Below the pieces are notes generated by a model. It searched no databases. It worked only from the letters and a program-made list of their open reading frames with translations, and was not told where the DNA came from. The position numbers were made by a program, and so were the translations under genes. 64,000 nt of DNA from Candidatus Cloacimonadales bacterium (lineage in GTDB: Bacteria; Cloacimonadota; Cloacimonadia; Cloacimonadales; JAFGVF01): the NCBI GenBank assembly GCA_963678315.1, contig OY782781.1, forward strand, positions 1,536,001-1,600,000, read 5' to 3'. Of this stretch, positions 8,314 through 16,794 are shown in pieces. Numbering within the stretch: position 1 is the stretch's first letter; every line of letters begins with the position of its first letter.

Positions 8314-8802
8314 TTATCCGTGTTTATCTGTGCCATCCGTGGCTATTCTCTCTTCTTTCGTGTCATTAGTGTCATTAGTGTAATTAGTGGATAAATACTT
8401 CCTCAACATCACTATAACTCCACTCTTCTGCCTGCTATCAAGTGCATTCCAATGTACTATCCCATAGCGTTTTCCTATGAACTTCCTGAATCTATCATTA
8501 CTCCATCCAAGCTCTCTTAACATGCTCCAGACAAAGTCTCCCTGCTTATCAAACTGACCAATCCCATACTTAGCTCGGTAATCCTGCATACTGGGAACGC
8601 TGGCCTCCGTGCCGGCATCAATTATGCTAAGTACCTCTTGCAATCCTCTAATACTAAGCTTCCTCAATGAATCACCATATCCCCAGCTAGCCAGATACTG
8701 ATGAAACTCCTCACTAGACCAACCTTTCTCACGCTTTACCTTTATCATGATTGTCTGTCTCAATGATTTAGCATATTGCTCTTGTTTAGCTGTCATTGCC
8801 AT
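8314..8802 (-). CDS. GemA/gp16 (DUF1018)-like regulatory protein
   Basis: GWSSEEFHQYL..GDSLRKLS...Q..VWSMLRELGW...FIGKRYGI..LD..Q.SGVIVML; Mu early-region position. Confidence 0.7.
   Translation of the reverse strand: MAMTAKQEQYAKSLRQTIMIKVKREKGWSSEEFHQYLASWGYGDSLRKLSIRGLQEVLSIIDAGTEASVPSMQDYRAKYGIGQFDKQGDFVWSMLRELGWSNDRFRKFIGKRYGIVHWNALDSRQKSGVIVMLRKYLSTNYTNDTNDTKEERIATDGTDKHG
8315..8392. repeat. Block C of 9-bp-period repeat units, translated as the GemA C-terminus
   Basis: Encodes STNYTNDTNDTKEERIATDGTDKHG*. Confidence 0.8.
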
Positions 8803-9256
8803 AGTTAAACTCCTCTTCCGATATACCTAACTCGGCTAATCTTTTTCTCTTATATTCTTCAAATTTTGGGTACTCAGTCTTATTAGCCTTTCTCAGTTGT
8901 GTATAGTTTCCTCTCTCTTCCATCCTATAAACTGTCCGAGTACATACTCCTAGTTCATCAGCCTTAGCCTGTACTTCAGCCTCTCTAGAACCTTCCTTAT
9001 ACACTTTTTTTGTGTTTTTAGTGCTTTTTGTGGTTAGCTTCTTTTTCTTTATTGCCTTTGGATATACATACCTATATAGTTTAGGAGTACATCCATCTCC
9101 AGTTCTTACGATTTTCCCTTCTTTCAGATACTTTTTGAGTACTCTTTGGCAGCTGCTTTTAGCAACCCCAGTATCTTCAGTTACCTGAACTAAACTAAAT
9201 GGTCTTCGTATCTGAAATATGTAATTTCTTATTATTTGCTCATTATTGTTTATCAC
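8786..9256 (-). CDS. HTH DNA-binding protein
   Basis: Winged-helix-like N-terminus FSLVQVTEDTGVAKSSCQRVLKKY and second HTH ADELGVCTRTVYR. Confidence 0.65.
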   Translation of the reverse strand: MINNNEQIIRNYIFQIRRPFSLVQVTEDTGVAKSSCQRVLKKYLKEGKIVRTGDGCTPKLYRYVYPKAIKKKKLTTKSTKNTKKVYKEGSREAEVQAKADELGVCTRTVYRMEERGNYTQLRKANKTEYPKFEEYKRKRLAELGISEEEFNYGNDS

Positions 9257-9332
9257 TATTCACTCTCTTCTTACTTTCTTAGTGCAACCTACTAGTTGCT
9301 TTCCTACTATTCACTCTTAATTATGAACTAAA

Positions 9333-10082
9333 TTATAGTTCGTTAGCTGCCTCTATAATATCAGATACTTCTAGTTTAGTTATACCTTTTTGCTTGCCAA
9401 TATACTCAAATTCTTTGATTATGGATTCTAATTGGTGAAGAGATCCTTTAGCCTTGTTTGCCATCATGCCATAAACATCTTTAGAAGCTGCAACTTCCAT
9501 TGATGAAACGGCTACTCCTAGCATATCAGCTAGATTTGGTACTTCAAATTGACAGAAGTTAGAACATCTATTGAAAAAGTGTGCGTTATACTTTTCTAAT
9601 CGTGCTTTTGTATCTTCTTCACCAATCATCATAATTTTTGCACCAGCAATATCTCTAAAATCTCTAATCAACTCAAGAACCTGCCACTTATGATGTTGTA
9701 TTGCTAAATTGACTTCATCAAAAATGAATACATAAGGCTCTATATCTGGACTTTGATCCCTAAGAAAACTCAACTCTCCAAATAAATCTATACAAGCCTT
9801 TGCAAGTGTTGACGATGTTCCTTTAATAGTTGTCTCATTGCCTGTTAAAGCATAGTTCAAACTTCGATATACTTCAGCTAAAAAACTTCTAGCTGTATCC
9901 ATTGTTTCAATCCTGTAATATCCCCATCCAGGTTTAGCAAAACTCTTCTTAGCAAAATGACTCTTTCCTGTTCCTGGATAACCGTATACCAATATCAGGT
10001 CTGCTCCCTTCTTGGTTAGCATCTTCTTCATTACCTTCTGCAATCGCTTAACATTTGCAGTTTCAAATAATACACTTTTCAT
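9333..10082 (-). CDS. MuB-like AAA+ transposition ATPase
   Basis: Walker A GYPGTGKS, Walker B FIFDE, directly downstream of the transposase. Confidence 0.88.
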   Translation of the reverse strand: MKSVLFETANVKRLQKVMKKMLTKKGADLILVYGYPGTGKSHFAKKSFAKPGWGYYRIETMDTARSFLAEVYRSLNYALTGNETTIKGTSSTLAKACIDLFGELSFLRDQSPDIEPYVFIFDEVNLAIQHHKWQVLELIRDFRDIAGAKIMMIGEEDTKARLEKYNAHFFNRCSNFCQFEVPNLADMLGVAVSSMEVAASKDVYGMMANKAKGSLHQLESIIKEFEYIGKQKGITKLEVSDIIEAANEL

Positions 10083-10146
10083 CTTAACTCCTTCTCTTAA
10101 CTATTGTTTCTCATTTTTAAATTTTCATTTTTCATTGCTTAATTAT

Positions 10147-12924
10147 CTACCCAATCCCTAACTTCTTAAATGCTTCTTCATATTCTCTGTTTTTATCTTC
10201 ATCAACATGCGTTTGCTTGGCTGATTCTATCATTTCATCTGTTACAACTGGCTCTTTATTAGAAGTATCTTCAACTAGCTTATTAGCTTCTGTGATAGCA
10301 TTATCTAGAATTGAATCATCAATTGTAACATCTTCAGCTTGTGCATTAATTTTAGTTCTACTTGGTTTACCCTTATGTAGATGTAGCTTAGAAGCGTGTT
10401 TTTGGTTATTTTGAATCCTCTCCTGATCATCAATTGTGTTCTCAGAAGATTCAGCTAAAGCTCTGTGCATTCCCTTAACTGATCTTACACCATCTAAAGC
10501 ACTATAAACACTTCTTCCTATCTTCTCTCTGTGTTTAGTCTCAATATAAGATGCCATATCATCACCAACTTGAAGGGCAGGATAGACTATCTTAGCTTTC
10601 TCTTCAAAAACTTCTCCAAACTCAGATGCTATAGTAACCTCTGTTATATCTCTTTCATCATAGAAATATTGAACCTGTCTATTCTGTAGAGCCATAAACA
10701 TAGGATGTGAGTAGTATATACCATTAACAAAAATCTCTCCTCGATTAACTTTAGCCATTGATGGGTAAGGAAACTTCATTATCATATCTAACTTCTCTTT
10801 ACTGGGAACGCTGGCATCCTTGCCGGCAAGCTCTTCTGCATAAGCTTCTAATGGAGACATACTCTCACCTTTGCCATTAGTTAAAACTGATCTTTTTCGG
10901 TTGTTCCAAATCTCGATAAACTGCTTTAATAGCTCTTCATATTGTTCCCAAGTTGGGATATACTTACCATATTTCTTGATTAACTTCTTATTAGTTAATT
11001 TAAGAACTTCAGGTCTCTTTTCTATTTTGTTACCTATCCATACAGGAAAGGCTTTCTCAAATTGACTTACACAGAATCCCCAAAATGGCTCTATCATCTT
11101 ACTTTCAGGGTTACCAGGTATCGTGAATGAATAACTTATCCCTAGATTTTTATATAAACCATTGTCTCCTCTAGCTATCATCTCAAGAGCCTTCTTTTTT
11201 GATGCAGTATTTCTTTTCTTACCTGCATAAAAGTGTGGAGTGTGATTAACATTCTTATAGCCAGATCCATTATCAACTCTAATCTGTGCTGGAACTCCAA
11301 AATGCTCAATCCCATCTCTAAGCGAAGTCCTAACTACATTTTGATTCTCAGCTATACATAATGCATGGCCTGTGATAACACCAGTTGCTATATCATACCA
11401 AGCTATCAGCTGTGGCCTCACTAAAAATCTTAGTGTAGGCTTGTGAGCATAAAAAGGTGAATAAATCAAGTTATTCATTGGATGACCATCACTCTCCCAG
11501 ATATCTCCAGGCATTGCATTATTAATCCTATGAACATGTGGTCTAATCGAATCCTTGTAAGCTTTCTTACCTTTAGCTCTAGCAACAGCCATAGCATCTT
11601 TTCTCGCCTCTGTGACAATATTTAACACCGTACGTGGTGATATTGGCATCTCTTGACCTACACAGGTAAACTCTTCTTCAATCAGTCTATATATCTCAGT
11701 TGATTTGATATCCCTGAAATCTACAGCTAACTTCTTAATCTTACTTTCAAGAGAACTAGAAACAACTTTCTTCCTTCCTGAAGATCCTTTCCTGTGCTCT
11801 AACAAACTAATTGGGTATTTAGTATTACCAGAATCTCTTAAAGCCTTTTCCCACTTCTTAATTGTCTTAATTGATATAGTTACTACATCAAGCTGTTTCA
11901 TAACATTAGAAAGTATTTCACGATTGTTAAGCTTTATCTCAAAATCTCTACCTGCTTTAGTTAATGATATTTTGTTAGCTTTAGCATAATCTCTAAACTT
12001 CAAGTACTCATCAACTATTGCCTTCTTATTCCAAGCTCTATTTTTCTCTTCACTTGTGTGTATCTCAAATTCTTGTTGTTCCTTAAGTAAAACTACACTC
12101 AAAGAGTTACTACTCTTCATGATCTCTGCTTGCCACTTCATCTGAACATCTTGAGTAAATCCATCAACCTTGATATAAGTCTTAAACTTGCTAACCTTGT
12201 CTGGCATGGTTACTGCAAATAACTCTTGTGAAGAAATCTTATTGTATATAGTTCTTCTTGAATATCCTGAAAGCCCAACTGCTCGATCTATCGGAATCCA
12301 CTTCAAAGAATTTTTCAGTTCCTTCTCATCAATCCACTCAGGAGTGTCCACTTTAAGAATGTCCACTTTAAGAATGTCCACTTTAGAAGTGTCCAGTTTA
12401 GCAATGTCCAGTTTATGAGATTGTTTTTCAGAATCAGAAGTGTCCAGTTTAGATAAATTTTCTTTTCTAGTTTCGTTAGATTTTGTAAATTGGACACCCT
12501 TTTTTCCAATGTCCAGTTTAGAATTATCTTTTTTAGCAATGTCCAATTTAGCTAAAGCACTATTTTTTAGCACTTTTCCTACTTTTTGGACATTACATTT
12601 AACGCTTTTTAATGTACTTTGCACAGCCGGCTGTGCAAAACCATGTCCACTTTGATGGCTTTTCTCATTTTCTGGGACAAAAAAATTAGGTTCATGAACT
12701 AAAGTGTCCAGTTTAGAAATCTCCTCTTTTGAAGAAATATTTCTCTCTTGAGAACAGCTTCCCTCAGAAGTGTCCAATTTAGAATCATACCACACAAGTA
12801 TAGTAGGACGACCAGGACCTACCTGTTCTTCTTTAGTCTTCCAGATCCCTTTCTTAATCTGCCTTCGAATAGTCTTAACTGACTTATCTAACCTGTCAGC
12901 CACTTCTTTAATTCTTAACCACAT
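10147..12924 (-). CDS. MuA-like DDE transposase
   Basis: N-terminal HTHs, WESDGH, VDNGSGY, PGNPESKMIEPFW, C-terminal GEIFVNGIYYS...YFYDERD. Confidence 0.93.
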   Translation of the reverse strand: MWLRIKEVADRLDKSVKTIRRQIKKGIWKTKEEQVGPGRPTILVWYDSKLDTSEGSCSQERNISSKEEISKLDTLVHEPNFFVPENEKSHQSGHGFAQPAVQSTLKSVKCNVQKVGKVLKNSALAKLDIAKKDNSKLDIGKKGVQFTKSNETRKENLSKLDTSDSEKQSHKLDIAKLDTSKVDILKVDILKVDTPEWIDEKELKNSLKWIPIDRAVGLSGYSRRTIYNKISSQELFAVTMPDKVSKFKTYIKVDGFTQDVQMKWQAEIMKSSNSLSVVLLKEQQEFEIHTSEEKNRAWNKKAIVDEYLKFRDYAKANKISLTKAGRDFEIKLNNREILSNVMKQLDVVTISIKTIKKWEKALRDSGNTKYPISLLEHRKGSSGRKKVVSSSLESKIKKLAVDFRDIKSTEIYRLIEEEFTCVGQEMPISPRTVLNIVTEARKDAMAVARAKGKKAYKDSIRPHVHRINNAMPGDIWESDGHPMNNLIYSPFYAHKPTLRFLVRPQLIAWYDIATGVITGHALCIAENQNVVRTSLRDGIEHFGVPAQIRVDNGSGYKNVNHTPHFYAGKKRNTASKKKALEMIARGDNGLYKNLGISYSFTIPGNPESKMIEPFWGFCVSQFEKAFPVWIGNKIEKRPEVLKLTNKKLIKKYGKYIPTWEQYEELLKQFIEIWNNRKRSVLTNGKGESMSPLEAYAEELAGKDASVPSKEKLDMIMKFPYPSMAKVNRGEIFVNGIYYSHPMFMALQNRQVQYFYDERDITEVTIASEFGEVFEEKAKIVYPALQVGDDMASYIETKHREKIGRSVYSALDGVRSVKGMHRALAESSENTIDDQERIQNNQKHASKLHLHKGKPSRTKINAQAEDVTIDDSILDNAITEANKLVEDTSNKEPVVTDEMIESAKQTHVDEDKNREYEEAFKKLGIG
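12344..12780. repeat. Array of RTGTCCANTTT motifs inside the transposase gene
   Basis: 11 direct copies (five tandem at 15-bp period), one perfect and one imperfect inverted copy. Confidence 0.9.
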
Positions 12925-13127
12925 AACTTAACCTCTTCTCTTCTGGGTACGCAATCATCCTGGTTGCCTCTTAATGGGTTGCATTCATCTTGAATGCGAT
13001 TCATCTCTTCGATTCCCCATCTAACCACTAAACCCATTGAACAAAGTAAGCAGTCCATCTTACTTATTATAAGGAGGAGGATTTGCCGTGATAGACTGCT
13101 TACAAGTATCAAAACTATACAATTCAT
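12915..13127 (-). CDS. Small hypothetical early protein
   Basis: AAGGAG RBS, overlaps transposase start; 3' part consists of hairpin repeats. Confidence 0.4.
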   Translation of the reverse strand: MNCIVLILVSSLSRQILLLIISKMDCLLCSMGLVVRWGIEEMNRIQDECNPLRGNQDDCVPRREEVKLCG

Positions 13128-13206
13128 TCTTCCTTCTCCTTCTTATTTTTTTAGCTATTAAATAGCCATAAGAGCCTGCACCACGCATGATGCAGGTTAC
13201 TTGTGG

Positions 13207-13473
13207 TTATTTATGGTTAGAGGTTACGTGTCCTAGGTTAGCATTATTTCCTTGACCATTTAGAGATGTTATTTTATCAATTGCCTTACTTATGGATTGA
13301 GCTTGTGACTTCAGCTTGCCGGCATTAATAGTCACTTGCTCTTCTTTATGCTCCAAATCATAGTTTTTAGCTCTTAAAACGGCATTATCCTGTACCAATT
13401 CACTTATCTTTCCACTAGCTATCAAATACTCTACTATTACTACTACTGATAATATTACTACTGCTGTTGTCAT
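13207..13473 (-). CDS. Hypothetical early protein (TM plus coiled coil)
   Basis: GAGGAG RBS before ATG 13473 (MTTAVVILSVVVIV...). Confidence 0.55.
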   Translation of the reverse strand: MTTAVVILSVVVIVEYLIASGKISELVQDNAVLRAKNYDLEHKEEQVTINAGKLKSQAQSISKAIDKITSLNGQGNNANLGHVTSNHK

Positions 13474-13475
13474 AG

Positions 13476-13565
13476 CTATTCTCCTCTTATATATTCTGCT
13501 ATCAAATCTGCTATCCTGAACACTACCCATATTACTGGAAGCACTATTAAAACTGTTATCATCAT
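13476..13565 (-). CDS. 29 aa single-TM peptide (absent from ORF track)
   Basis: MMITVLIVLPVIWVVFRIADLIAEYIRGE*; ATGA overlap with the upstream stop, ends 2 nt before the next start. Confidence 0.5.
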   Translation of the reverse strand: MMITVLIVLPVIWVVFRIADLIAEYIRGE

Positions 13566-13834
13566 TCACCTGCCACCAGCTTGTATTGTTCTTCTGATAT
13601 TGGTTCAACAAAGCTAGGTACTTTCTGGTTGCTAGAACTAGGTTTAAACACTATTCTCCTGGTATTTACGTTATATGATAGTAATGAATTACCTTCAAAT
13701 GTCATTGATAAGACTGCACTAATACCTTTAGGAATTGCATTGAAATTTAAATTCCTAAGTATAACTTTAAAATCTGCTGTAAATTGAGACTTTACTTCAG
13801 GATCGATAATTTCATAATGTATTGTTTTATTCAT
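13562..13834 (-). CDS. Hypothetical early protein
   Basis: Tightly packed ORF in early operon. Confidence 0.55.
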   Translation of the reverse strand: MNKTIHYEIIDPEVKSQFTADFKVILRNLNFNAIPKGISAVLSMTFEGNSLLSYNVNTRRIVFKPSSSNQKVPSFVEPISEEQYKLVAGE

Positions 13835-14060
13835 TACTTTCATCCTCTGTTTTTAACTCATCTATCAAGTCTTCTAAGGAGTCATCATAGGAGTTGCCAC
13901 TACCGAGTAATTGATCTATTCCATACCTTCCGTATGATTCATAATTAGCTTCTGAATCTGTTCCTTTCACAGCCTCATCTATCAAATCTTTTGCTTCTTT
14001 TATTAATTCTTGTGCTTGTCTTATCAATTCAATTCTATCTGTATTACTTAATGAATTCAT
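13827..14060 (-). CDS. Hypothetical acidic early protein
   Basis: 77 aa ORF with GGAG RBS in early operon. Confidence 0.6.
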   Translation of the reverse strand: MNSLSNTDRIELIRQAQELIKEAKDLIDEAVKGTDSEANYESYGRYGIDQLLGSGNSYDDSLEDLIDELKTEDESNE

Positions 14061-14068
14061 TATTGCTC

Positions 14069-14344
14069 CTAATTACTTTTCTGTTTGTTCATTGCTGTTT
14101 GATTAAATTCAATTGCTTCTGTAGGTATTTTTCTAAATTCAGTTACCCAGTCTCCTAATAGATCCCAGATAACTCTTTCTATAGTCCTATTACTACGTTT
14201 CCTATTTACAATCTTAGTGATATAGCTTGTTGAATAATCACTATCTAACACCATGTTCACATGCTCAGTTAGTATCTCCTGAGTCATACAAAATGACGCT
14301 AAAGCTGATTTTATTTCTGCAGGTTTAAACTTCTGTTTTATCAT
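14069..14344 (-). CDS. Ner/Cro-like small regulator
   Basis: First gene divergent from the repressor; EIKSALASFCMTQEIL...STSYITKIVNRKRSNR HTH-like. Confidence 0.6.
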   Translation of the reverse strand: MIKQKFKPAEIKSALASFCMTQEILTEHVNMVLDSDYSTSYITKIVNRKRSNRTIERVIWDLLGDWVTEFRKIPTEAIEFNQTAMNKQKSN

Positions 14345-14372
14345 TGTAACTCACTCCTATAAATTTTTTTTC

Positions 14373-14468
14373 TTGACCGTTGTAACCTTTCCGGGTTAAT
14401 GTCCGATATGTGACAACATTGCTCCATTATGGAACAATGTCAAGAAATAATTACCGTATTGGAGCATT
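14373..14468. promoter_or_regulatory. Divergent promoter/operator region
   Basis: Near-perfect IR acattgctcca-tta-tggaacaatgt (14416-14440) overlapping a minus-strand TTGACA; second site with tggagca half-site at 14450-14466. Confidence 0.65.
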
Positions 14469-14473
14469 AAATA

Positions 14474-15205
14474 GTGAAAGAAATTGCTAATAGACTTCGT
14501 AAAGTACGACAGGAACTTGATTTAACTCAACAACAATTTTGTGATAAAATTGAAGTTTCTAGAGGTACTTTTTCTAGATATGAGAGTGGATTACGTTCAC
14601 TTCCAGATGAAGTTAAACAAAAGCTGCTCCAATTTGGAGTCAATCTGCATTGGCTTCTTACTGGTAATGGTCCAATGTTCTTAAATCAAGAATCTACTAA
14701 ACCCAAAACTAAAGTTGAAGCAAATGTTGATAGATTACAACATTATATTGATTTAGGGAAAGCCCAAGCTCATCAAGATATTAGCTTAAATTCAGAAGAT
14801 GTTAACTATAGAACTCTACCTATTACAGGAGAAATAGCAGCAGGAAACCCTATTGAAATAAGAGATGTAGATCTCCTGGGTAAGATATTAGTCTCTGCTG
14901 ATATTATTGATGATATAGCTAACTTCTACTGCTTCAGAGTAAATGGATGGAGCATGAGTCCAGAGGTTCAACACGGTGATGTTGTTATTATTAACAAGAT
15001 CTACGACTGGGAAGACCTGGACAACCGTATTGTAGCTGTCAGAATAGATGATGGAGTTACTCTCAAGGTCCTTAAACTGGATCATGACAATCAATGCTCC
15101 TGGCTTATGCCTATTAATGATGACTACAAACCTATTCTCTTAAATGAATTCAGCACCGTGGTGGTTCTCGGTGTTATGGAATTCTTAATAAGATCGTATA
15201 AATAG
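14474..15205 (+). CDS. Prophage repressor, XRE HTH plus S24 (LexA/CI-type) peptidase
   Basis: LRKVRQELDLTQQQFC..SRYESG; GEIAAG cleavage site; GWSMSP Ser; TLK Lys. Confidence 0.92.
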   Translation: MKEIANRLRKVRQELDLTQQQFCDKIEVSRGTFSRYESGLRSLPDEVKQKLLQFGVNLHWLLTGNGPMFLNQESTKPKTKVEANVDRLQHYIDLGKAQAHQDISLNSEDVNYRTLPITGEIAAGNPIEIRDVDLLGKILVSADIIDDIANFYCFRVNGWSMSPEVQHGDVVIINKIYDWEDLDNRIVAVRIDDGVTLKVLKLDHDNQCSWLMPINDDYKPILLNEFSTVVVLGVMEFLIRSYK

Positions 15206-15260
15206 CATACTATAAAAGTGTTTCCAAATGGTAACACTTATCTATCATAAAGGAGGAATT

Positions 15261-15446
15261 ATGAAGACTTTGACACGAATGAATTTAATGTTATCTATTG
15301 TACTTTATTCACTTTTTGCAGTAGGTGGAGTAAGAAACAACAAATGGCTAGAGGAAACAGATAATAGCGAGATTAGACTTACGGTATCATGCTCTTATGC
15401 CATAAATACCCAGATTGATTTCTTAATTCGTAAAGTACAGTTATAA
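15261..15446 (+). CDS. Small hypothetical signal/TM protein or remnant
   Basis: AAGGAGG RBS, hydrophobic N-terminus. Confidence 0.4.
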   Translation: MKTLTRMNLMLSIVLYSLFAVGGVRNNKWLEETDNSEIRLTVSCSYAINTQIDFLIRKVQL

Positions 15447-15457
15447 TTGGTTGTACA

Positions 15458-16792
15458 ATGATTGAATTTAAAGATAAAGAAAACAGTTGTTTATTTCAGA
15501 ATCTACTATGGGATACAGTAAATAATATATTAGACATAACCCAAACAGCACCATTAATCTGTAAAACAAATAGAATGTATCAGGTTAAATTAAATCAATA
15601 TTTTTTTATGTTCTTCAAAAAATATGGAACTAAGAAAGGTGAAGGATATGAACTTTCAATCAACTCTAATTCACCAATAAAAATGACTTTTGATAAAATT
15701 AAGAGTCAACAAAGAGCAATAGACACAGCTCTAAAAAATTTACCTAATAGTATTTTTCTTAGTATTGTATCGCAGTATGATTACTTCTATGGAAATTTAC
15801 TTAGAATCATATATACTCTAAGTCCACAAAGGAGAAACCATATTGCTAAAACGATATCATTCACTGACCTTGAAAACTATGTGACCATCGAAGAAGCTAG
15901 AAACTCATTTATTCAGAAAGAGATTGATAAGTCATTAAGAGATAGTCATGAAAAACAATTAGAAACTTTAGGAAAACTGTTGGCAGATAAAGGTAAAGAT
16001 CATAATTTCTCAAGTTACAAAAGATGGACAGAATTCTTAGAAATCTTTGAAAGAAGGAATCTTATGGTGCATTGTGGAGGTAAAGTAAATAAGACCTACT
16101 TAAAAAACCACAAAAGTTTGTTTCCGGAGATTACAGAAGATACAACTCTTGAAATAAGTTTGGATTATTTAAGTAAATCAAGTGACATAATTCTTGATAT
16201 ATGTATCCAGCTAATTTTATTAAGTTGGAATGTAATAGAAGATATAGATAATCAAAATGTTATGCCTTCTGTTATGGTTGATTTATCTTATGGTTTAATG
16301 ATTGATAAACAATACCAGCTTATAATATATATATTAGAAAGTTATCTTCAAAACAAAAAATTCAAGATTGACGAAACTGAAAAATTCATTCTTACTATAA
16401 ACCTAGCTCAAGCTTATAAATGGAATGGACAAACAGAAAAAATGGGTTGTCTATTATCCAAGACTAACTGGGATACAAAGAAACTCCTACTCAGGTTTTC
16501 AGTACATGTACTTCGCGATGAGTTTAAAAAGGCGTTTGATTGCTTAAGAAAGATTAGTAAGATTGATGAAGATTTTAAGAAAAACGATTTACTTGAATGG
16601 CCTTTGTTCAAAGATTTACGCCAAGAAAGTGATTTCGGAGCTGTATTCAAGGAATGCTATAATGAAGACTACATTGATAACAAATACATCTTACAAAAAG
16701 AGGATTGTGAATTATTAAGCGAATTAGATGATATTGATGATAAACAAGTTAAACGTGATATTGAATTTGTAGAAAAAATTTTTCTCAAATAA
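15458..16792 (+). CDS. HEPN-motif protein, candidate defence/Abi RNase
   Basis: IFLSIVSQYDYF helix and EIFERRNLMVHCGG (R-N-x3-H) motif; helical C-terminal region. Confidence 0.65.
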   Translation: MIEFKDKENSCLFQNLLWDTVNNILDITQTAPLICKTNRMYQVKLNQYFFMFFKKYGTKKGEGYELSINSNSPIKMTFDKIKSQQRAIDTALKNLPNSIFLSIVSQYDYFYGNLLRIIYTLSPQRRNHIAKTISFTDLENYVTIEEARNSFIQKEIDKSLRDSHEKQLETLGKLLADKGKDHNFSSYKRWTEFLEIFERRNLMVHCGGKVNKTYLKNHKSLFPEITEDTTLEISLDYLSKSSDIILDICIQLILLSWNVIEDIDNQNVMPSVMVDLSYGLMIDKQYQLIIYILESYLQNKKFKIDETEKFILTINLAQAYKWNGQTEKMGCLLSKTNWDTKKLLLRFSVHVLRDEFKKAFDCLRKISKIDEDFKKNDLLEWPLFKDLRQESDFGAVFKECYNEDYIDNKYILQKEDCELLSELDDIDDKQVKRDIEFVEKIFLK

Positions 16793-16794
16793 TT

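Noticed and set aside
12188..12655. Overlapping ORFs 12188..12418, 12315..12539 and 12440..12655
   Set aside because: By-products of the repeat array inside the transposase gene
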